A stretch of DNA of 61,087 nt, the filler included, from Barthelona sp. PAP020 (Eukaryota), in NCBI GenBank assembly GCA_040182905.1. It is 10 parts of 10 records of this genome, joined end to end, with 100 filler letters (N's around TTAATTAATTAA, not from the genome) between each part and the next. Parts side by side here need not be neighbours in the genome. Positions count along the whole stretch, not along the records: positions 49,123 to 55,055 come from JARQWU010000570.1; positions 55,156 to 61,087 come from JARQWU010000571.1; 8 more parts are not named here. One strand, given 5' to 3'. The translations under genes and the position numbers were made by a program. Positions 50,458 to 59,261 of this stretch are shown here, piece after piece; positions within the stretch are counted from its first letter, which is position 1, and every line of letters starts with the position of its first letter. Below the pieces are notes generated by a model that saw nothing but the letters and a program-made list of their open reading frames with translations, did not search any database and was not told the origin of the DNA.

Positions 50458-52515
50458 ATGGATTTGAGACCAATGACTGCAACCAAAGCTGCAGGATATG
50501 GAGGTAATCGAAAACCTGAAAGAGATCTTGAGAAGAAATTAAATTTTTCAAAAAATAATCCCACTGCGAAGCTTCAAAAATTGGAAAATGAGGTATCACA
50601 GATTTTAAAAGAAGCTATTTTTCTCTCCAACGAGGGTAAACACACAGATGCGTTGAGAAAAGCAAAGTCCGCACAAAAATTGGAAGCAAGCGTTATCAGA
50701 GAGAGAAACATGCTGGGAGAGCAAATTAACTTAGACATAACCTACTCAATCAGATTCGCTCTTGCTGTATGTGCCGATAAAGCTGGAGCGTATGAAGAAG
50801 CTATCAGAAACTACAGCGCGTTGGTTAATAACAAGGACTACACGCATGCGGGTAGATTACGTCTGAATTTAGGAAATATTGCCTTCAAACAAGGAAAGTA
50901 CAAACATGCTATTAAGATGTTCAAGATGGCGTTGGATCAGATTCCCCACACATCCAATTTGTTGAAATTGAAGATTAGAAAGAACATAGCTGTTGCGCAT
51001 ATGAAGGAAAACCAAGTTCATCATGCGATTGATGAGTACGAGCAGATTTTTGATGCGTTTGATAACATGGAGGACAGAAAGACAATAAACGGCACCGCTG
51101 GTGATCACCAAGCGGCGTATAACCTGATTGTCTGTTACTACCTGCAAGGAGACCGAAATTCGATGCAAACGAGTTTCATCAGGTTGCTGTCGATTTCTCC
51201 GTTACCGATCATCACCAAGGTCGAGGATATGGAAAATCTGTCTTCGTACTATCAGGAGTCGATGAACCCCGCCGAAGAAGAGGAATTGAATGTGGATAAT
51301 TACAGCAAATATGTCCGTAAGTTCAGAAAACGTGCTGAACAGTACATCATAAGCGCAGCAACGCTCATTGTTGACTGCATTGCCGACACAATCAATGATG
51401 GGTATGATTTCCTGATTGATTCTCTGAAGAACTCAAACTATCATTCCCTTGCGTCACAGATGGAGCTTGAAAGAGCCACTCATTTCATGAAGGACGAGGA
51501 GTTCTCGACCGCTATCAAGCTTCTCAAAGATTTCGAGAAGAAAGACGAAGAATTGCAGGTCGTTGCATACTCAAACTTGGCTTATATCTATTTCTTGGAG
51601 AAAAAGTATGATTTGTCGTTAGAGTACTGCCAAAAGGCGTTGGAAGTGTCCAAGTACAATTCTGACGCGTTGATCAACATGGGTAATGTGTACTATGTTC
51701 AGGGAGACATCAATAAGAGTATTGACTGTTACAAGAAGGCCTTACGATACGAAAGAAACTCTCCTGAGGCGTTGTTCAACCTTGGGCTGGCTAATTATCA
51801 GTTGGAGCTGTACGATGCTGCGTTGGGTCACCTGGAAAGACTGCATTCTCTGTTTCCCAATTTTATTGAGGTCATGTGGATCATAGCGACGATATACGAG
51901 ATTCAGAAGGAGTACAATCAGTCAATCAAATTTTTGCAGCACATATTGGCCCAATTACCAACCGATTTGTCCGTTTTGAAGAAGATTGGACAGCTGAGTC
52001 TGAAGATCGGTGAGCCCTTCCAAACGCTGCACTATTATCAGGAATTCGTTCGTTTTGATTGCACAGACATAAAGGTCATCAACTGGCTGGGCAGCTACTA
52101 CGTCCAACAGCAAATGTACGAAAAAGCACTGGAGCTATTCCAGAAAGTAAGACGTGTGTATCCTGACGAGTCAAGATGGGTCAAAATGTGTGCCAATTGT
52201 TACAAGAAGCTGGGTCAAAGACAAAAAGCCATTGAAATGATGAAATTGGTCAAAGAGGACAAAGACAAGGATAAAAATGCCACTGGAGATAACTTCGATG
52301 AACTCAGAAACGATGAAGACATGAATGATGAATATCTTGACAATGACGAGGATGAAGAAGAGGAGCCCTCTCAAGTGATCGATTCTCAACCCCAATGGGT
52401 CGAACCACAGATTAGTTACCAAGCTGAAACCGTTGTTGAAGCAAAAGCTCAAACCAAAGCTCAAGATGAAGATGAAGAGTGGTCTGATGATGACGACGAT
52501 TTGTTGCCCGAATAG
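50458..52515 (+). CDS. IFT88: Intraflagellar transport protein 88 (IFT-B, TPR protein)
   Basis: RPMTATKAAGY, QINLDITYS, AGRLRLNLGNI, AIKMFKMALDQIP, two TPR arrays and an acidic tail ending DDLLPE. Confidence 0.95.
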   Translation: MDLRPMTATKAAGYGGNRKPERDLEKKLNFSKNNPTAKLQKLENEVSQILKEAIFLSNEGKHTDALRKAKSAQKLEASVIRERNMLGEQINLDITYSIRFALAVCADKAGAYEEAIRNYSALVNNKDYTHAGRLRLNLGNIAFKQGKYKHAIKMFKMALDQIPHTSNLLKLKIRKNIAVAHMKENQVHHAIDEYEQIFDAFDNMEDRKTINGTAGDHQAAYNLIVCYYLQGDRNSMQTSFIRLLSISPLPIITKVEDMENLSSYYQESMNPAEEEELNVDNYSKYVRKFRKRAEQYIISAATLIVDCIADTINDGYDFLIDSLKNSNYHSLASQMELERATHFMKDEEFSTAIKLLKDFEKKDEELQVVAYSNLAYIYFLEKKYDLSLEYCQKALEVSKYNSDALINMGNVYYVQGDINKSIDCYKKALRYERNSPEALFNLGLANYQLELYDAALGHLERLHSLFPNFIEVMWIIATIYEIQKEYNQSIKFLQHILAQLPTDLSVLKKIGQLSLKIGEPFQTLHYYQEFVRFDCTDIKVINWLGSYYVQQQMYEKALELFQKVRRVYPDESRWVKMCANCYKKLGQRQKAIEMMKLVKEDKDKDKNATGDNFDELRNDEDMNDEYLDNDEDEEEEPSQVIDSQPQWVEPQISYQAETVVEAKAQTKAQDEDEEWSDDDDDLLPE

Positions 52516-52628
52516 CCTTATGTATAAATTTTGTCTCTTTTTTTTGCCTGAGTCATTAAACAAGCTTTTGAAAAGAAAAAACGAACTATATTTATGTGAA
52601 ATCAAACTTAATTCCTTGCACTGTGCTA

Positions 52629-53447
52629 TTACTTCTGTTGTAAGGAATCGGTAAGCTTGGTTTCCGTTGCAAAGAAATTGGAAATCCACATGTTTGTAAG
52701 CATGTTGTTCAAACAACTGTCATAACTTTCAATGAAAGAAGAGGACAATATTGTGTGATATTGTCTGACAAATTTCATGATTTCCTTTCCTTTCTTGATA
52801 TCTTTCTCTTGTTTGCCTTGCTTGACATCGTCAACATATGCTTTCATGCGCAACAAAGCTTGATGACAATCCTCGATTGATCTGACCGGAACTTCGTACA
52901 GAGGCTCATGGGTGGCCTCTTTTTTGTCTTTCTTCAACTCTTTAATCAATGCCGATAAACCAAAGGTCTCGCCACTTGTGACAGCAAGATAATGTTCAAC
53001 AGAAACCAAGGTCGTTGTATCGCTTCTCGAGTCAATTGTAAAAACGTTAAACTCAAATGGTGGATTGGGAAAAGTTGTATCGACATGCAAATGAACAACT
53101 CCGCCTTGGTTGAAAAAGTATTGGGCTAATCTGAGACGATGAGGGATTTTCTCTGCAACAAATGGACCACATGTGTACCAACCGACAATTTCTGAATGCT
53201 TAAAAGAAAGACTTGCAATATCTGCGGCAGATTTGAACAATTGCTCATCAATGTGGAATTCATTGTCAAAAGTTAAGGGCTCTGCATCAAAAATTTCAGT
53301 TTTTGAGGGTGTGTATGCAGGTCCGAATAACAAACCACAAACCATACCTTCAGGTTGAGGTCTTCTTGAATAATGGTCAAGCATCGCAACTAAACTCATA
53401 GGATGCACTGCAACCAAAGCTGTTTTAAGCTCGTTTTCACTCGACAT
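52629..53447 (-). CDS. EIF3F: Translation initiation factor 3 subunit F (MPN- domain)
   Basis: VHPMSLVAMLDHYSRR...VCGLLFG, EIVGWY, VHLHVDT, YVDDV..GK and an eIF3f-type C-terminal helix. No JAMM metal-binding His. Confidence 0.75.
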   Translation of the reverse strand: MSSENELKTALVAVHPMSLVAMLDHYSRRPQPEGMVCGLLFGPAYTPSKTEIFDAEPLTFDNEFHIDEQLFKSAADIASLSFKHSEIVGWYTCGPFVAEKIPHRLRLAQYFFNQGGVVHLHVDTTFPNPPFEFNVFTIDSRSDTTTLVSVEHYLAVTSGETFGLSALIKELKKDKKEATHEPLYEVPVRSIEDCHQALLRMKAYVDDVKQGKQEKDIKKGKEIMKFVRQYHTILSSSFIESYDSCLNNMLTNMWISNFFATETKLTDSLQQK

Positions 53448-53700
53448 CTTGTTTTTAAGAATAAAAAAAATACAAGAAAGAAAATGTTATTTATTTGAAG
53501 AGAAGCACACAACACATCTGAAAGAACTGTTTACTGTGTTTTTGCAGGCGCTGTGGGGAAAGTCAAAAACAATGAGAAAACCAATCCAAAAAGACGCATT
53601 TCTTCCGTAAACGTCGCAGAATCAACACCACGTGCAGTGGTAGCGCTGCGGCGAAATGAAAAATATTCAAAGTTTGAGTTTGTTTTTTTTTTTTATTGAA

Positions 53701-54861
53701 ATGAATGATCCTCAGGCAATCAAAAAAGAGTTATTGGAAGAACGTGAGGAGTTATTGCGAAAAAATCTGAGTCTCCAAAAGACATTATCACAGTACTTTG
53801 CAACCAAACAGTCGTATGAATCAGGTGCGATGGATATGGCGTACATTGATCCTACATTGTCTGTGCAGTCGTACCGTTCAACCAACACGCGATCCGGAAT
53901 TGATGATGATAACATCGATACAAATCAAGAACTTGAAAGACATGCGTATGAGCAGGAACAGCAGTACATGGAGCAGTTATTCATATTTCAGGAGATTTCT
54001 GAAGCCTTCAATCAGAAAGTTGCCACATACGACATGACATTAGAACAGCTTGTGGAAAATTTGGAAAGTGAAGAAGTTAAACGCAAGGCAGGTGAACACG
54101 CACTGGTTACTTTGAGGCAGAAGATGGCATCGATGGCTAAATTTTCCAGAACGCAGCAACCACTGCCTCATTCTGGGCTGAAGAAGCTTGAAGATCAGTT
54201 GGATGCAAAAAATCACGAACTAATGCAGATCAGAATTCATTATCAGCAGATTGATCGAAAATTGAGGGCTCTCGATGGACAGTTAAGGCATCATCTTGAC
54301 GGAGAAGGACAGAAGAAAAGACTTGAAGAGAGCAGAGAGGAAACAAACCTCATAGACAGCTTCGATAACGATATAGAAGAGATGGACTACTTGAGTGATG
54401 GTAACAGCGAAAGCGATGAAGAAAAGGTGCCCAGGCTGATGGACTTTGAGCAACTGAAGATTGAAAACCAAACATTCAATGAAAAAATCGAGGAAAGAAA
54501 CGAGGAAATTCTTAAATTGAGGAAGAAAATAGATTCAACCGTGCAGATACTCTCACATGTCGAGAAGAAGTATTATCACCTCAGAAAAACCACACAAAAT
54601 TTGGATGAAAAACTTTCAACCCTGCATGTACAATTGGACTCGCATCGTAATGCGTTGAACACTGTCAAAGCCGAGAAAACAAAATTGAACAACGAAGTGT
54701 CTCAGTATCAACAGGACACAGCCGTTATGACAAATCCCAAGTTGAGCAGAGACTATGCAATCAAGAAAGAGCAAATAAACAAGTTAAATGAAACAATTGC
54801 AGAGCTGAATGCAGAACTTTACAAATTGGGAATGAGCAAAAGGTCAATTTCAGTCAATTAG
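53701..54861 (+). CDS. CCDC96: CCDC96 / CFAP184 (DUF4201 axonemal coiled-coil protein)
   Basis: LMDFEQLKIENQTFNEKIEERNEEILKLRKKIDSTVQILSHVEKK is nearly identical to the CCDC96 signature. N-terminal NLSLQKTLSQYF. Start taken after the T-tract (an upstream in-frame ATG lies at 53656). Confidence 0.88.
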   Translation: MNDPQAIKKELLEEREELLRKNLSLQKTLSQYFATKQSYESGAMDMAYIDPTLSVQSYRSTNTRSGIDDDNIDTNQELERHAYEQEQQYMEQLFIFQEISEAFNQKVATYDMTLEQLVENLESEEVKRKAGEHALVTLRQKMASMAKFSRTQQPLPHSGLKKLEDQLDAKNHELMQIRIHYQQIDRKLRALDGQLRHHLDGEGQKKRLEESREETNLIDSFDNDIEEMDYLSDGNSESDEEKVPRLMDFEQLKIENQTFNEKIEERNEEILKLRKKIDSTVQILSHVEKKYYHLRKTTQNLDEKLSTLHVQLDSHRNALNTVKAEKTKLNNEVSQYQQDTAVMTNPKLSRDYAIKKEQINKLNETIAELNAELYKLGMSKRSISVN

Positions 54862-55055
54862 ACCCTTTTGGTGGCTTCCGCACACTTAGTTGTCTTTGAC
54901 CATATTCAGACAGTAGCACAGTCAGTTGAATACATGGTCAATTCTTGTATAAATGCATGTACTTCGTTTGTTGTTCAAGGAGTAAAATTTCAACAAAACC
55001 TCTTCACTTCACTGATGCTTCTCTTTGTCTCCCATTGACGAGTGATTTGAGTCTA

Positions 55056-55155
55056 NNNNNNNNNNNNNNNNNNNNNNNNNNNNNNNNNNNNNNNNNNNNT
55101 TAATTAATTAANNNNNNNNNNNNNNNNNNNNNNNNNNNNNNNNNNNNNNNNNNNN
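55056..55155. other. Artificial contig linker
   Basis: N44-TTAATTAATTAA-N44. Confidence 0.98.
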
Positions 55156-55470
55156 TCTTCACGCTTTTCTTTTTCCCTCCTTGTGAAAATGCCCGCTGCG
55201 CTTCACAATTCTTTGAGTCTGGAAAAAAAAAAAAAACTCATATTTGTTAAGAGGTGCAGTTCTTTAGAAAATAAAATTCTTATTGTTTTGATCTCCTCTT
55301 TTCCAGATTTAAAATTTTCTTTCTTGTGGGATTATTGGCTTTATATGCAGGAGTATTTTGGTTAGTTCTTCCTTTGCGTCTTCTTTCGGTGAAATTTTTG
55401 TTGTTGCCAAATTAATATTCAGGTCTTCAAAACTGAAAATGATCATTTCACTCGAGAAAATAAAACATTT

Positions 55471-55500
55471 AATTCACACGACAATAATTCACACGACAAT
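55471..55500. repeat. Perfect 15-bp tandem duplication
   Basis: aattcacacgacaat x2. Confidence 0.85.
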
Positions 55501-56603
55501 AATAATAAATGCTAATAAAGACCTTTATTGTTCTCGGTTAGAGTTTGGGAGTACTTGCAACTGAGTCGTTTTGCGTGGATGGTTCAGAACACTCTTAAAA
55601 AAGAGAAATACTTCAGGTGTGGATGGGGCGATTATCTAAATAAAAGTTAAATAATCTTTTCCCTTCTTGCCTATAAATTTTGATTGTTCTTCTCTGGGTT
55701 TCTTTGATGAAGCCTTGTAATTCCTTGTTAACCTGCTATGTGCACTTGTATCCTTATTACCCTGAATCATTTGATTCTTTGCTATCATTGCACTTTCAAT
55801 TTTGATATCTATTAATATCACAAATTGCAGGAAGAAACCTTAAACAGATTTATATTGTCTTTTGCTTGAAATCCGTCGCTTTGCTACGAACAAGTACGAT
55901 TGATTTTCAATGAAGCCATTTATTTTTTGATCTTAGAATTTGGATATTCTTTGTTGACCTTTTTCATTTGCTTATGCCCTTAATTTTATAAATCTCATGA
56001 TTAAATATTATTCCTTGAGTCTTTCAATTTGTTACTCATCAATATTAAAAATTGGAAGAACAATCAAACAAAGATTTACAATGGCTTTAACAAAAAAAAA
56101 ATAATCGTTGACTCCATAACACATCTAGTGAAATATCAATGAGTAATATAGCATTTGGTTTTCATGAAATGTCCAAATTAAAGCAAATAAACAACAAAGA
56201 CCCAAAGAACTGTCTTTTGTCAAAATCAATTGAAAATTTTCATTTTGGTCAATATAATAACAAAACAAATATACTGAATTTAAAATTGTGTCCCCAATTA
56301 AAATTTGATGCAAATGCACAAGAATTAGTTGTATTTTGTTAACCCAATTGTTGCAAATAATTTAGGAAAGAAAGCAACTCATAGATATTTTCGCTATCGA
56401 TTCTTTTTATAGAATCAATAGAAGTAAGAAATCTCTTGTAGAATTTAGAAAGAAATGGTCTTGGGTGGAAGTTGTTTTCAATAAGACTTTATTAATTTTG
56501 TGTTTTGTCAATAAATAATCAAACAATTAAAAATTGTTGACATATATTCAATAAAAAAAAAGGTATTTTGTATCATTCTTTTTTATAATTTTTCAGGAAA
56601 GAG

Positions 56604-59054
56604 ATGGATCCGAAACTTAAAATAACTACAGAAAAGATTAAACATGTGGATTACCATCACACTGAACCATTTGTTTTGTGTGCTTGTTATGATGGGTCAA
56701 TAAGATTATATAATCATATTACTGGTCAATTAGTAAGAAGTTTAGATGTTAGTTCCGAACCATTGCGTGCATGCAAATTTATTGAACGTATGAATTGGTT
56801 TATTGTTGGAGGAGATGACCATTATTGTCGAATTTTTGATCTCAACACTTTGGAAAAAGTAGTTACTTTTGAAGCAGCATTGGACTATGTGCGTTGTATT
56901 GAAGTTCATCCAACCAAACCTTTTATTTTAGTTGGTGGAGATGATCGTTACATTCGTTGTTTCGATTGGGAAAAGAAATTTCAATGCATATGTGTTCATA
57001 CTGGTCATATGCAGTTAGTAATGGCAATTTCTTTAAATCCTCACGATGATAATATTTTTATGACTGGCTCATTTGATGATACTGCAATGATTTGGATGTA
57101 TGAAAACCCCGATCCTTTATTCACACTGAAGGGCCATAATGATGGTATAAACGCTGTGGCATATTGTTATCAAACTGAATTACCTTATGTTGCTACTGGT
57201 TGTGAGGATGGAACAGTAAAAATTTGGGATTATCAAACAAGAAAGAGTATTAAAACACTTTCAGATCATTCTAGTGTTATTGAAGCCCTTTCCTTTCATC
57301 CTACACTGCCACTTCTATTGACTACTGGTGATGATGGTAAAGTTATTGTTTACAACGTTCGAACTTTAGGGATTGATAAGATTTTGTCCCCTTCTATGGG
57401 TATTGGTTGGTCAATATCTTGTTTGCCTGATACATCTAATGTATGTATTGGATTGGATCAAGGGGTTGTTGTCTATCAATTGAAAGATGATAATCCAGTT
57501 GCCGTTATGGACAATACTGGACGAGTCACTTTCATTTCTGGAAGAGATGTATTTTTGTGTGAGACTCGTAGGGACAGAAATCCTGTTGATGGCAGACCAA
57601 TCAATAGTCCCAAGAATCAATTAGGTGTTTGTGATGTAAATGCCACAAGTTTAGTTAAAAAGCCCAAGGGAAAAGTGATCACAGCTATTGGAGACAATGA
57701 TTTCCATACATATACTGCATTGAAATGGAGATTGACTCACAGCGGAACTGGCAGAGATGTTTGTTATTCCACTGAGAATGATGTTTATGCAGTTTTGTCC
57801 ATGACCAAGATATTGATTTGTGATGGTCATAATGAAATATTGTTGGAAATGCCTTTAACGTCACGACCTTCACATATTTTTGGTGGTCCTTGTTTGTGTG
57901 TGGTTTTCAGTGATTATTTGACATTTTATGATTGGGATACTTTGGAAGTAATAAGCGAAATTGATGTTGAAGCTTCAAATGTTGTGTGGACTGAAGAGGG
58001 CGATTTGGTTGCAATTGTTGGAACTGAATCAACCTTTGTTTTGGAATACGATGGTTCAATGAATGCTAACGAAGATGATGAGGAAGAATTGGAAGATCCA
58101 TTCACTATGATTCAAGAAATCGATCAAGCAATAACTTCCCTGACATGGATAGATTCAATTCTAATTTTTGTTATCAAACAGTACAACAGATTAGCCTATT
58201 GGATAGGAGGTGATGATACTCATGTCATACAGAGTTTGGATGGTGTTTTCCTTTTGTTAGGTTATTTGAAGAAGACTGACAGAATCTATTTGATCAACAG
58301 AAAGCATGAGATAGTGTCTTACTACATGCCTTTTGCTTTACTTAAAGCTCAAGAGTGTTTGGTTGAAGAAGATATTGATGGAGCAATAGAATTGATTGAG
58401 AATGTCCCTGATTTGTTCAGAAATTCTTTGGCTCAAACGTTTGCAAACAAAGGTTTTTATGAGGCTGCATTAAAAGCAAGTATTGATTTGGATTTGAGAT
58501 TTAGATTTGCAAAGGAATTGAATGATTGTGATTTAATGATAAAAATAGCTGAAGAAATGGATATGAATGAAAAGTGGAATGAGTTAGGAAATTATTGTTT
58601 GAAAGCAGGATTGTTTGATGTTGCTGAGAGATCATTTGTAAAGTGTAATGATATTTCTGCTTTGTATTTGCTTTATTCTTCATTAAAATCAAAAAGAGGA
58701 TTAGAAAAAGTTTGTTTGTTAGCTGAAAAATCAGGAGAAATTCAAATATTATTTTCAGCCCTTCATTTATTGAATGAGCATCCAAAAGTTGTCGAATTGT
58801 TGTTGACTGGACAAAGATATGCAGAAGCTACTTTTTATGCAAGTAATTATGTTCCAGAATTAATTGAAAAGTGTGTAAACATTTGGAAAAAGACTAACAA
58901 TAATGTTTTATTACCAGAAACTTTGGATGTTCAAGAACAAACTGAAGAAAATATTGAAGAGAGCTTTGATAATGTTGACCAAGTTGAAACTTTTGAAAAT
59001 CAAGAAGAAGAAGAAGAGGAAGAAGTTTTTGAAGATGCTAATTACAAGATGTAA
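56604..59054 (+). CDS. COPB2: Coatomer subunit beta' (COPI, Sec27)
   Basis: KIKHVDYHHTEPF, PLRACKFIERMNWFIVGGDD, DYVRCIEVHPTKPF, FTLKGH, TVKIWDYQT, FHPTLPLL, a second propeller, a solenoid and an acidic tail. Confidence 0.95.
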   Translation: MDPKLKITTEKIKHVDYHHTEPFVLCACYDGSIRLYNHITGQLVRSLDVSSEPLRACKFIERMNWFIVGGDDHYCRIFDLNTLEKVVTFEAALDYVRCIEVHPTKPFILVGGDDRYIRCFDWEKKFQCICVHTGHMQLVMAISLNPHDDNIFMTGSFDDTAMIWMYENPDPLFTLKGHNDGINAVAYCYQTELPYVATGCEDGTVKIWDYQTRKSIKTLSDHSSVIEALSFHPTLPLLLTTGDDGKVIVYNVRTLGIDKILSPSMGIGWSISCLPDTSNVCIGLDQGVVVYQLKDDNPVAVMDNTGRVTFISGRDVFLCETRRDRNPVDGRPINSPKNQLGVCDVNATSLVKKPKGKVITAIGDNDFHTYTALKWRLTHSGTGRDVCYSTENDVYAVLSMTKILICDGHNEILLEMPLTSRPSHIFGGPCLCVVFSDYLTFYDWDTLEVISEIDVEASNVVWTEEGDLVAIVGTESTFVLEYDGSMNANEDDEEELEDPFTMIQEIDQAITSLTWIDSILIFVIKQYNRLAYWIGGDDTHVIQSLDGVFLLLGYLKKTDRIYLINRKHEIVSYYMPFALLKAQECLVEEDIDGAIELIENVPDLFRNSLAQTFANKGFYEAALKASIDLDLRFRFAKELNDCDLMIKIAEEMDMNEKWNELGNYCLKAGLFDVAERSFVKCNDISALYLLYSSLKSKRGLEKVCLLAEKSGEIQILFSALHLLNEHPKVVELLLTGQRYAEATFYASNYVPELIEKCVNIWKKTNNNVLLPETLDVQEQTEENIEESFDNVDQVETFENQEEEEEEEVFEDANYKM

Positions 59055-59261
59055 AGAAAGTTCTTTTATTATTGTTGTTTTTGTTGATTTTTTTTTCTTT
59101 TAAAAGAATCAAAACAATTCAGAAAAATACAAAAAGAATAAGAGAAATAATTCAACGTTTAAATAAACAAATTTCACAACAATTATTTTGAATGATCCAA
59201 CAAATAAAAGAAGAAAAACCAAACAAATATTGAATTTTCTCTTCTTTTTGAAGATAAATTT

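Noticed and set aside
6137..55155. Regularly spaced palindromic TTAATTAATTAA repeats about every 6 kb, as a biological repeat or chromosome-breakage signal
   Set aside because: Each is centred in exactly 44+44 Ns, and the segments between them shrink monotonically, so they are an assembly concatenation artefact. ORFs with X runs or ending in LIN are artefacts too.
12112..59054. Apparent membrane-trafficking cluster (adaptin ear, TSET, beta-COP, beta'-COP, SNARE)
   Set aside because: All lie on different contigs, so the proximity comes only from length sorting.
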